Shown here piece after piece: positions 16,127-24,458 of a stretch of DNA of 26,950 bases (position 1 is the stretch's first letter; each line of letters begins with the position of its first letter). This stretch comes from Abditibacteriaceae bacterium (GTDB taxonomy: Bacteria > Armatimonadota > Abditibacteriia > Abditibacteriales > Abditibacteriaceae): positions 1 to 26,950 of the forward strand of contig JANMKN010000189.1 of NCBI GenBank assembly GCA_031372065.1. Direction: 5' to 3'. The notes beneath the pieces were generated by a model, which saw nothing but the letters and a program-made list of their open reading frames with translations, did not search any database and was not told where the DNA came from. A program made the position numbers and the translations under genes.

Positions 16127-16315
16127 TTATTTTGATTTGGTGACGGCAGCGCCATTGTCATGCATCACGGGGGCAGACTGAAAAAGCGCGGGCAATTTCT
16201 GCTCTCGCCTACTCGACTCGGCGCCGAGGCAAAAAATCAAAAGGGCGCCGCACAAAAGGAAAATGCCTTTTTCTTCCGTGCGGCACGAGTGCCAAAACGA
16301 CCACATAATTTTCAC
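16127..16315 (-). CDS. Putative small membrane protein, 62 aa
   Basis: GTG start overlaps the metG stop (GTGA); single hydrophobic stretch GIFLLCGALLIFCLGA; fills the gap up to the next gene. Confidence 0.5.
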   Translation of the reverse strand: MKIMWSFWHSCRTEEKGIFLLCGALLIFCLGAESSRREQKLPALFQSAPVMHDNGAAVTKSK

Positions 16316-18393
16316 CGAATTATGCTGCCCGGCGGAACGTCGGCATCAAGGATCACTAATGCGGCGGGCGGCGCATTATCGGCGGGCGAGGCGGCCAGCA
16401 ACATTCCTTGCGATTCGAGGCCGCGCATTTTTCGCGGCGCCAGATTCGCTACCACCACAATGGTTTTACCGATAATGTCTTCTGGCGCAAATTGCTGGGC
16501 GATGCCGGCTAAAATCTGGCGCTGTTCTGTGCCCAAATCTACCACCAGACGCAACAATTTATCGGCTTTTGGAATGCGTTCGGCTTCGATGATTTTCGCG
16601 GCACGCAATTCCACTTTCGCGAAATCTTCGTATTGAATTTCCGCTTTACCCGCCGGTTTTTCTGCGGGTGCGACGGTATTTTCAAGCGGCGGCGGTTCGG
16701 TCACAGTTTCTTGAAGCGGCGCGCTTTGTTCTGCTGTATTTTCCATGATTTTTGCTTTCTTTTGTTCCTGTTCCTCGCGCAATTGTTGAACAACGTTTTC
16801 GGGAATGCGCGGAAACAAAGGCTGCGGCGCCTGACAAACATGGCCCGGCGATTGTAATTCCGAGGCAAAAATATCGTCGTTCCATTGCGGCGCTGCCTTC
16901 AGGTTTAACAAATCGCGCAATCGTGCCATGCTTTGCGGCACAATTGGCGTTAAAACGACGCTGCACCACTGGCACAAAGCCAGCAGTTCGCGCAGCAAAA
17001 CAGCGACAGAGTCTGTTTCACCCGCTTTGATTTTTGCCCACGGCTTTTGTTCTTCAATCAGGCGATTGCCCAGATTGACAACTTCCCAAATCTGCGTCAA
17101 GGCGCCGATAAAATCAAGATTGGCATACGCTTGAGCGATTTTCGGGTGAGCCTCGCTAATAGCGTTTTTAATTCCAAGTTCGCCATCGCTGGGCGGCACC
17201 ACGCTTTCAAAATATTGCTTCAACATCGAAAGGGCGCGGTTGACCAAATTGCCCAATCCGTTCGCTAAATCACTGTTGTAGCGCGCGGCGCAACCGGCGC
17301 GCGAAAAATCGCCGTCCACACCAAAAGTGACTTCGCGCAGAACGTAATAACGCAAGGCATCCACGCCGATGCGAAAATCGCCGCTGGCCCATTCTGCCAA
17401 TTGTGTGGCGAATTGAATTGGCTCAACGATGGTTTCCGGGTCGCGCTTGCTCATTTTGCGACCATCCACTGTCCAAAACCCGTGCGCGTAAAGCTCTTTG
17501 GGCTGCTCCAAGCCCAATCCTGACAGCACAGCGGGCCATAAAGTCGCGTGAAAGCGCGTGAAAATATCTTTGCTCATCAACTGCAAATCGGGCGGCCATA
17601 TTTCCGCAAAAAACGCGCGTTTTTCGGCGTCATCGCTCAAATAACCGGGCGCGCTGGCGTAATTGATAAGCGCATCGAACCAAACATAAATCGCGTGATT
17701 TTCCGCTTCGGGCACCGAATTCGGAACGGGGATACCCCAATCCATTTCGCGCGATATAGAGGTGTCGCGCAGGCCTTGGCGGATGAAACTGAGCGTTTCA
17801 TTGCGCCGAGATTCGGGTTTGAGCATTTCAGGACGCGCCGCATAGAGTTGCTGTAAAGCCTCGCTGAACTTCGATAACTCGAAAAAATGCGTTTTTTCTT
17901 CGACCCATTCCAGTGGCGCTTTGGTTTGGTCTTCTGTCGGATTGGCAATGTAATGCGCGCCGTCGCGTTCAATTGTGTCTTCGTCGCGGAAAAACGTTTC
18001 ATCGGGCACGGAATACCAACCGGAATACGAACCCAAACGCACGCAGCCGCTGCTCCACAATTTTTCAAAAACGCGTTGCGCGACGATTTTATGGCGCTCT
18101 TCGGTGGTGCGAATGTAATCGTCGTAGGAAATATCCAGCGCATCCCAAACATCGCGAAAGGCTTGTGCCAGTTCGTCGCAGAATTCGAGAGGTTCGCGCC
18201 CTTGGTCACGCGCCGCGCGCGCAATTTTGACGGCGTTTTCGTCGGTTCCCGTCAGAAAATACACTTTGCGCCCACGAGAGCGCTCAAATCGCGCTCTGGC
18301 GTCCGCCGCGATTTGTGTGTAAGCGTGCCCAATATGCGGCGTGGCGTTGATGTAATAAATTGGCGTGGTGATGTAAAAAATCTTGTCGGACAT
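16312..18393 (-). CDS. metG: Methionine--tRNA ligase with C-terminal tRNA-binding (Trbp111-like) domain
   Basis: FYITTPIYYINATPHIGHAY, YVWFDALINY, KDIFTRFH, KMSKR, YNSDLANGLGNLVNR; C-terminal IQYEDFAKVELR...VVVANLAPRKMRGLESQGMLL. Confidence 0.98.
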   Translation of the reverse strand: MSDKIFYITTPIYYINATPHIGHAYTQIAADARARFERSRGRKVYFLTGTDENAVKIARAARDQGREPLEFCDELAQAFRDVWDALDISYDDYIRTTEERHKIVAQRVFEKLWSSGCVRLGSYSGWYSVPDETFFRDEDTIERDGAHYIANPTEDQTKAPLEWVEEKTHFFELSKFSEALQQLYAARPEMLKPESRRNETLSFIRQGLRDTSISREMDWGIPVPNSVPEAENHAIYVWFDALINYASAPGYLSDDAEKRAFFAEIWPPDLQLMSKDIFTRFHATLWPAVLSGLGLEQPKELYAHGFWTVDGRKMSKRDPETIVEPIQFATQLAEWASGDFRIGVDALRYYVLREVTFGVDGDFSRAGCAARYNSDLANGLGNLVNRALSMLKQYFESVVPPSDGELGIKNAISEAHPKIAQAYANLDFIGALTQIWEVVNLGNRLIEEQKPWAKIKAGETDSVAVLLRELLALCQWCSVVLTPIVPQSMARLRDLLNLKAAPQWNDDIFASELQSPGHVCQAPQPLFPRIPENVVQQLREEQEQKKAKIMENTAEQSAPLQETVTEPPPLENTVAPAEKPAGKAEIQYEDFAKVELRAAKIIEAERIPKADKLLRLVVDLGTEQRQILAGIAQQFAPEDIIGKTIVVVANLAPRKMRGLESQGMLLAASPADNAPPAALVILDADVPPGSIIR

Positions 18394-18427
18394 AATGAAC
18401 AAAGCGTTGCCAGTTTAAAGCCGTCCT

Positions 18428-19906
18428 TTAATCGGCGCTACCTGCGGATTGCTTCCCACTTTCAAAAGGCCAAACTGCGATGGCAGCGCACAAGGCCGCG
18501 ATGACCAAAAAATAATGGTTGCAAAACGAACGCTTCGACCACGCAAAAAACACGAATAAAACAAAAGCCGATGACGCCGCGAAATAAGAAGGCGCCAGTT
18601 GTTTCATCTTTTCGGCTTTGAAATTAATTCTCAGGCGCGACAATTCCCAAAACATCCACACCACAGCCAAGCCAGCCAAGACGAAAGAGAGCGATTCAGA
18701 CGCCGGGAATTGATGACGGCGCAGCCATGTCAGAAAACTCAGCGACTGATCGGCAGGCGGAAATTTGGTATAAATCCAAAAAACACTGTGATAAAAAGCC
18801 TGCACATCCCACAAAACAAAGGGCAGCGACAGCAGGAAGCAAATTCCAAGCGGTAAAAGAGAACACCGCTGCAAAGATTGATTTTTCCCCTCTGTTTTTG
18901 GCGCATTATGGGCTAAAATGCCAAAAAGTGGCAGGGCAAAAATCATATATTGCTTGGTTGCCAACAATAGCCCCAGCATCCACGGCAACAATTTCGGTTT
19001 TCGGCACGCAACAAAAACAACGCCCGCCAACGCTAAAATCACGAAGGGTTCTGTCCACGCCTGTTCAATGACATAAAACATTCGCGGCGTGAACAAGAAA
19101 AGCGAAGTAGCCGCAAAGGAAAGGCGTCCGGGCCGTGCAAATCCCATTAACGCCGCTGCGATTGCTAAGGCCGCGACTTGCGAGTAGCGATGGTCGCCAA
19201 AAAGCAGATAACCGGGCAGAGTAAGCAACAAACTTAACGGTGGATAGCAATAACCAAATAAAATCTGCCCGTTTTTTTGAATTTCTGGGCCGTAATTTAC
19301 CGCGCCATCGTAGGTGTCAGGAATGGTAATGCCGTAGGGATTGGTACCCTGTATCAAGGCTTGACAGGATAATTGTTGCAAATCCCAAACGTCTATTTTG
19401 GGAGCCGGCGAGGCCTTGACAACTAAAATACTGAGAGCAAAATACAAAACCAGCACGCCCATAAATCGAGCGCGGTCAAGGTGGCTACGCTTTTGAACCA
19501 AAGGCACGAAGCCCATCAAAACGAGGACACCCGCAAGGACGAGCGTCAACGCCATGACACTTCGCATTTCACTGGAAACCGGCGTCTTAAAGGCTGCTAA
19601 CGGTTGTCCCGTGAGAATAAGGAATTGCCATAACCATCCGGCAAAGAGCAGGCCCATCAACAGGTTGGCACCTTGTCGTCCCGCCAAAATAGGGAAAGGC
19701 ACACGACTCGCCACCAACATCAGGATTCCACCTATTCCCAGCCACAATAAGGCCGAGGGATAGTAAAATCCCAGATTTACCTGCACGGCGATCCCTAAAG
19801 CAACTGCCGCGCAGCACCACAACAGCGGCACGGCAAAGCCATGATGATTAATATCAACCGCTGCGTTCTTGGGGAAATTCGAACGCGAAGGGATAAAACG
19901 TGCCAT
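18428..19906 (-). CDS. Polytopic membrane protein, GT-C fold glycosyltransferase (GT87-like)
   Basis: Many hydrophobic helices; KIDVW...ALIQGTNPY, GYCYPPLSLLL, GLLLATKQY, LPFVLWD, FCNHYF. Start set at MARFIPS because the track's start (19954) lies inside the repeat. Confidence 0.72.
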   Translation of the reverse strand: MARFIPSRSNFPKNAAVDINHHGFAVPLLWCCAAVALGIAVQVNLGFYYPSALLWLGIGGILMLVASRVPFPILAGRQGANLLMGLLFAGWLWQFLILTGQPLAAFKTPVSSEMRSVMALTLVLAGVLVLMGFVPLVQKRSHLDRARFMGVLVLYFALSILVVKASPAPKIDVWDLQQLSCQALIQGTNPYGITIPDTYDGAVNYGPEIQKNGQILFGYCYPPLSLLLTLPGYLLFGDHRYSQVAALAIAAALMGFARPGRLSFAATSLFLFTPRMFYVIEQAWTEPFVILALAGVVFVACRKPKLLPWMLGLLLATKQYMIFALPLFGILAHNAPKTEGKNQSLQRCSLLPLGICFLLSLPFVLWDVQAFYHSVFWIYTKFPPADQSLSFLTWLRRHQFPASESLSFVLAGLAVVWMFWELSRLRINFKAEKMKQLAPSYFAASSAFVLFVFFAWSKRSFCNHYFLVIAALCAAIAVWPFESGKQSAGSAD

Positions 19907-19922
19907 CACTGGTAGAAAAACC

Positions 19923-20067
19923 AGCCCACCCGTAAACGAGTGGGCTGAAACCAACCAAAAGCCTCGTAAACGAGGCTAAAGATTGTAAGTCCAGCCTCGT
20001 TTACGAGGCTTTTGAAGGTTCATCTCATTGCTTTAGCGATGGGCAGTGATAGCGAGCAACTTAGGTT
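19923..20067. repeat. Palindromic four-hairpin dispersed element, copy 2
   Basis: 26 bp identical to 7048-7073; perfect 22-bp inner IR CAAAAGCCTCGTAAACGAGGCT (19956-19977 / 19993-20014); 20026-20044 matches 7149-7167 at 18/19; tail GCAACTTAGG versus GCAACTTGG in copy 1. Confidence 0.88.
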
Positions 20068-20075
20068 CACCATTT

Positions 20076-21062
20076 CTACGCGACCAAAACAGCTTCCGCT
20101 TTCTTTTTCTTGGAGCCGCAACCACCGCAACCGCCCGAACCACAGCCGCCGCCTTTACCGCTTTTAGAACCACAACTTCCGCCGCAACCGCCCGCTGCGG
20201 CGCCACCACACGAACCGCCCTGATTCACATGATTTTTGCAGGCTTTGGGAGCGCCGCGCTCTTGCCTCAAATCGCGCAATGATTCGCCGGGAACTGTGAT
20301 GTAACGCCCATCGCCAAGAACGACCAAAACTTCGTCCTTCAAAGCGCGCACTTCGACGACGTGGCCGGGGCCTTCGGGCGTGTCAACTGGCGATTTGGGA
20401 TTGGGCAGGCGCTGATTCATGTCGCGATAAAAATCTATTTCGTAACGCAAGCAGCACATCAAACGGCCACAGGCGCCTGAGATTTTATTGGGCGTGAGAG
20501 CCAGACCTTGTTCTTTTGCCATCTTCAACGTGACCGGTGGCATCGAAGTCCAAAACGTAGCGCAACACAAAGGTTGACCACACGGGCCTAAACCGCCTAA
20601 AACCTTGGCAGCATCGCGTGGGCCGACTTGCTGAAAGTGCATTCGCATATTCAACTGGTTCGATAAATCTCGCAAAAGTTCGCGAAAATCCACGCGGTCT
20701 TCGCTCTCGTAAAAGAGAATCATTTTGGAGCGATCCAGCATGATTTCTACCTTGATGGGCTTCATGGGCAAATCAAAGTAGACAATCTGCTCGCGCGCCA
20801 AAAACAAGGCTTCTTCTTCGAGTTGGCGGTTCTCGCGGTCTTTTTGCAAATCTTCGGGCGTGGCGAGGCGCACAATGGAGCGCAAAGGCGGCACGATTTT
20901 ATCGTCTTCCACCATGCGCGGGCCGAATTTCGCCACGCCTAATTCAAGGCCGCGTGATGTTTCCGCCACAACGTGCGCACCGGCCATGATTTCCAATTTG
21001 CCGGGACTGAGAAAATATGTTTTCGCGGGTTCGCGGAATGAGCAAGGGGCTACAATGGGCAT
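20076..21062 (-). CDS. ricT: RicT/YaaT (PSP1 C-terminal domain) Fe-S regulatory protein with Cys/Gly-rich tail
   Basis: VVAETSRGLELG, RVDFRELLRDL, GGLGPCGQPLCCATF, LKMAKEQGL, KISGACGRLMCCLRYE. Start at MPIVAPCSF. Confidence 0.92.
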   Translation of the reverse strand: MPIVAPCSFREPAKTYFLSPGKLEIMAGAHVVAETSRGLELGVAKFGPRMVEDDKIVPPLRSIVRLATPEDLQKDRENRQLEEEALFLAREQIVYFDLPMKPIKVEIMLDRSKMILFYESEDRVDFRELLRDLSNQLNMRMHFQQVGPRDAAKVLGGLGPCGQPLCCATFWTSMPPVTLKMAKEQGLALTPNKISGACGRLMCCLRYEIDFYRDMNQRLPNPKSPVDTPEGPGHVVEVRALKDEVLVVLGDGRYITVPGESLRDLRQERGAPKACKNHVNQGGSCGGAAAGGCGGSCGSKSGKGGGCGSGGCGGCGSKKKKAEAVLVA

Positions 21063-21071
21063 ATAGCGGAG

Positions 21072-21104
21072 ATTATAGCATTCATCGGCGATTCTCGTTA
21101 AAAT
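21072..21104. promoter_or_regulatory. Overlapping divergent promoters for ricT (-) and xylA (+)
   Basis: Minus: extended -10 TG-C-TATAAT (21080-21072). Plus: TAGCAT(21076-21081)-N17-TAAAAT(21099-21104). Confidence 0.55.
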
Positions 21105-21145
21105 TCGCATGACAACAACCCAAAAGGAACATCAAGGAACACAAC

Positions 21146-22306
21146 ATGAGTGATTATCTGCCGCAGCCGGAACATAAATTTACATTTGGCCTGTGGACGG
21201 TTGGCAATCCGGGCCGCGACCCGTTTGGCGATGCCACCCGCCCCGCTGTTGACCCCAATGACAGCGTGCGCAAACTGGCCGAACTCGGCGCCTATGGCGT
21301 CAATTTGCACGACGACGATTTGGTGCCGTTTTCTGCCACCGAAGCCGAAAAAAAGGCCATCGTCAAAGAATTCAAGCAGACTTTGAAAACCACCGGCATG
21401 AAAGTGCCGATGGCGACGACCAATTTGTTTTCTAATCCGATTTTCAAGGATGGCGCCTTCACTTCCAGCGACCCGAAAGTCCGTGATTTCGCGGTGCGCA
21501 AAGTGATGCGTTCGATGGATTTAGGCGCCGATTTAGGCGCGGAAATCTACGTTTTTTGGGGCGGACGCGAAGGCAGCGAAGTGGACGCCGCGAAAAATCC
21601 GCTGGACACCTTGAAATGGTTTCGCGAAGCCCTCAATTTTTTGAATGCTTATCAAAAAGATCAAGGCTACAATTTCAAGCTGGCGTTAGAAGCCAAGCCC
21701 AACGAGCCGCGCGGCGATATTTTCTTGGCGACAACCGGCAATATGCTGGGCTTTATTGAAACTCTCGATGAACCGGAAAACGTCGGCGTCAACCCCGAAT
21801 TCGCGCACGAAACAATGGCGGGCCTCAACTTTGTTCATCACGTCGCGCAAGCAATTGACGCCGGAAAGCTGTTTCACATTGACTTGAACGGCCAAAAGCC
21901 GGGCCGCTACGATCAAGATTTTCGTTTTGGTCAGGAAGATCAGAAAACCAATTTTTTCCTTGTGAAATTACTGGAAGATTCCGGTTATTCCGGCTCGCGC
22001 CATTTCGACGCGCACGCCTTGCGCAGTTCCAACGCCGATGATGTGTGGGAGTTCGCCAAAGGCTGTATGCGGATGTATCTTATCCTCAAGGAAAAGGCCG
22101 AACGCTTCAATCAGGACACGGAAATTCAGTCCATCGTGCAAGAATTAAACGGCGGCGGCGATGCCTCATTTGCGGACGGCTATTCGCCCGAACTCGCCAA
22201 AAAACTGAAAAGCACCAAGTTCAACGTTGAAGCGCTTACTAACCGCCCGTTGCCCTACGAAAAACTCGACCAATTAGTCGTCGAACTGCTGCTCGGCATT
22301 CGCTAA
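21146..22306 (+). CDS. xylA: Xylose isomerase, short class I (Streptomyces/Thermus-type)
   Basis: [66 protein letters not shown]; 386 aa; AAGGA RBS. Confidence 0.97.
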   Translation: MSDYLPQPEHKFTFGLWTVGNPGRDPFGDATRPAVDPNDSVRKLAELGAYGVNLHDDDLVPFSATEAEKKAIVKEFKQTLKTTGMKVPMATTNLFSNPIFKDGAFTSSDPKVRDFAVRKVMRSMDLGADLGAEIYVFWGGREGSEVDAAKNPLDTLKWFREALNFLNAYQKDQGYNFKLALEAKPNEPRGDIFLATTGNMLGFIETLDEPENVGVNPEFAHETMAGLNFVHHVAQAIDAGKLFHIDLNGQKPGRYDQDFRFGQEDQKTNFFLVKLLEDSGYSGSRHFDAHALRSSNADDVWEFAKGCMRMYLILKEKAERFNQDTEIQSIVQELNGGGDASFADGYSPELAKKLKSTKFNVEALTNRPLPYEKLDQLVVELLLGIR

Positions 22307-22317
22307 ATTTCACAGCA

Positions 22318-22356
22318 AAAAGCGCGGCCCGAAATTCATTTTCGGGCCGCGCTTTT
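22318..22356. terminator. Bidirectional intrinsic terminator
   Basis: AAAAGCGCGGCCCGAAA-ttcat-TTTCGGGCCGCGCTTTT between the convergent stops at 22306 and 22372. Confidence 0.9.
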
Positions 22357-22371
22357 GTGTTTTATTACGAA

Positions 22372-24294
22372 TTACCGCGATGGAAAGACGGCCTGCCCGC
22401 CAACGGCAATGCCGATCAGAAAATTCGAATTTCCGCCGCTAAAACGGTTGTAAGCTCCGACGAAATCAACATTCTCATTCAACGATTTATACAAACGCAC
22501 GGCCCATTCTTCGCCCACACCGGCAGCGCTTGTAGAAGTGTTTAGCTTGGCGCGTTCGATGTAAAGGTCAAAGCCGGTTTTCTGAAACAAAAGCGGCGAG
22601 GTAAAGCCAAAGGTGCGCAACTGTCGCTTGAAAGGATCGGTGCCGACTTCGCCGTAAAATTCCAGTTTTTTGGACAAAATCGGCACGCTGAAATCGAGCG
22701 TGATTCCAGTGCGATCAGGCACCGGCGAATCCGCATATTTCAAAAAGTTCAAGCCATAATTACCAAACTTTTGCAAGGTGTAAACGCGGCCCAAAAAGCC
22801 TTGTTGATGGTTGCTCACGCCCGGCGATAATTCGCGCGGATAGGCATCATAAAGATACGAAAACTCCGCGCCGTAATTCTTGTTGATGCGTGGCATAAAG
22901 CGCACGGCATCCATAATTTCGCGGCCACCGGCGCGTGTCATCGAACCAAAATACGAAGCGCGAACCGGGCCAGCCAAAAATCGCTGCCGCCCCACGATAA
23001 GGGACGCGGATTTCGCGTCATAAGACAAGGTCGCGTGACTGACGGCGAGCGTATTACGCTTGACGCGCCGCGTTGGCGTATCAAAGCGAATGTCTTGCGG
23101 ATTGAGCGCCAAATCCGCAGACCAACTGCCATCTTTGATGTAGCCATGCAATTGTCCGATGCCTGCCAGCAAACTATGGTTGCCGACAAAGCCCGATGCG
23201 TAGTAATCAATACCGCTGACGCGGCCTAATTGCCGATCTACATCATTCAAATGCTTATATGTTGGCCCAAAATCGTCGGTGAGAGCCACAGCTTCATTGC
23301 CTGTTGTCTGTCCTGCATCCACAGGCGGCACAGGAGGCGCCTGCGCGATAAAAACCGGCGCCGCAATATGCAAAGCCATGCTGCGATTTCCCAGTGCGCG
23401 CGATGGCACAACATTGCCTACGTTGATGGTGGACTGACGAGTGAGAAGGCCACTTGTGCCCGGACGTGTCTTCGGCGGAGGAAATGGGCCACCAAAGGGT
23501 GGCTGACCATCAGGAAGCGGCGCATGTGGCACAAAAGGATTGGTTCGAGGGTTCTCTTGAGTTTCAACATTGTTGGCCGGCAAAGCCGTATCTATGGCCG
23601 CAATACCCGGCGTAGCACGAGAAACAATTTGCGTCCTTGAACCGGGGAAGGGGCTATTAACCGGCGCATCAATTAATTCAGTTTGCGAACTAAAAGGTGC
23701 CGCCGATACGATAGGCGAAAGGATTCCGCCCACATACGATTTAACAGAGCGCCCTGCGGGTAATGTCACGCGGCTGGTTTCCACATTTTGCGCATTCAAT
23801 CCCACAACGGTGATAGTGCCGGAATAATTGATATATTCAGCCGAGCCATCTTTTGGATTGGCCCGCACATAAACCACACTACCCTTGATTTCCGCTGCTC
23901 CGGTGCCCGTCCGAACCCGACAGGTGCCACCAGAACCCGGCTTTTTTACGAGTATTACGCGGCCATCTTGCAGTCGCACGCGCGTCGCTTCGGCATTGCC
24001 ACTTTCAATGTCCAACGAAGACAACTGCCCTAAGCGCACCAGCGAGCCATCGCGAAAAAGTGCATCGGCTTTGCTGCGTTTACCGGTGCGCAGACCATCG
24101 CCCTGACTGAGCGAGGCTCCCTTTTTGGTATTGGCCCAACCCCCAGCGCCGCTCCGTTTTTCCACCACGCGTTCAATGGCGCCCACCGAGGCAATCTGTG
24201 CCGAAGCCGACGAGACAAAAACGCTGCACACTACGCCAACACAGGCAAGATAACGGATAGGCACTAAACAAGTGAACATTGCAGATGATTTCAT
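22372..24294 (-). CDS. Exported FecR-domain protein with Pro-rich linker and probable C-terminal beta-barrel
   Basis: AAGGA RBS before ATG 24294; signal ends ASA-Q; LSQGDGLRTGKRSKADALFRDGSLVRLGQLSSL...VRTGTGAAEIKGS is FecR-like; the C-terminal ~280 aa are amphipathic strands (LIVGRQRF, LEFYGEVG). Confidence 0.78.
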   Translation of the reverse strand: MKSSAMFTCLVPIRYLACVGVVCSVFVSSASAQIASVGAIERVVEKRSGAGGWANTKKGASLSQGDGLRTGKRSKADALFRDGSLVRLGQLSSLDIESGNAEATRVRLQDGRVILVKKPGSGGTCRVRTGTGAAEIKGSVVYVRANPKDGSAEYINYSGTITVVGLNAQNVETSRVTLPAGRSVKSYVGGILSPIVSAAPFSSQTELIDAPVNSPFPGSRTQIVSRATPGIAAIDTALPANNVETQENPRTNPFVPHAPLPDGQPPFGGPFPPPKTRPGTSGLLTRQSTINVGNVVPSRALGNRSMALHIAAPVFIAQAPPVPPVDAGQTTGNEAVALTDDFGPTYKHLNDVDRQLGRVSGIDYYASGFVGNHSLLAGIGQLHGYIKDGSWSADLALNPQDIRFDTPTRRVKRNTLAVSHATLSYDAKSASLIVGRQRFLAGPVRASYFGSMTRAGGREIMDAVRFMPRINKNYGAEFSYLYDAYPRELSPGVSNHQQGFLGRVYTLQKFGNYGLNFLKYADSPVPDRTGITLDFSVPILSKKLEFYGEVGTDPFKRQLRTFGFTSPLLFQKTGFDLYIERAKLNTSTSAAGVGEEWAVRLYKSLNENVDFVGAYNRFSGGNSNFLIGIAVGGQAVFPSR

Positions 24295-24347
24295 GGAGAT
24301 TTTCCTTGCAACCAGAAGCTCAAAAACGGCCCGACGCATACCTTTTG

Positions 24348-24376
24348 ATTATATAACCAACGGCACAAATCTGAAA
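24348..24376 (-). promoter_or_regulatory. Candidate sigma70 promoter for the FecR-domain gene
   Basis: Minus strand TTTCAG(24376-24371)-N17-TATAAT(24353-24348). Confidence 0.5.
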
Positions 24377-24412
24377 CTACTACAAGATCAGTTGCTCCAA
24401 AAAGCGCGAATC

Positions 24413-24444
24413 AAAAACGCCCACCTTTTAGAAAAGTGGGCGTT
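24413..24444 (-). terminator. Intrinsic terminator after the DUF6786-like gene
   Basis: Minus strand AACGCCCAC...GTGGGCGTT followed by TTT, 14 nt after the stop at 24459. Confidence 0.7.
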
Positions 24445-24458
24445 GATATTTCCATCAC

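Noticed and set aside
7029..20067. The two repeat copies as ends of a 13-kb composite transposon or a CRISPR-like array
   Set aside because: The enclosed DNA includes the core gene metG, there is no transposase or target duplication, and there is no repeat-spacer periodicity.
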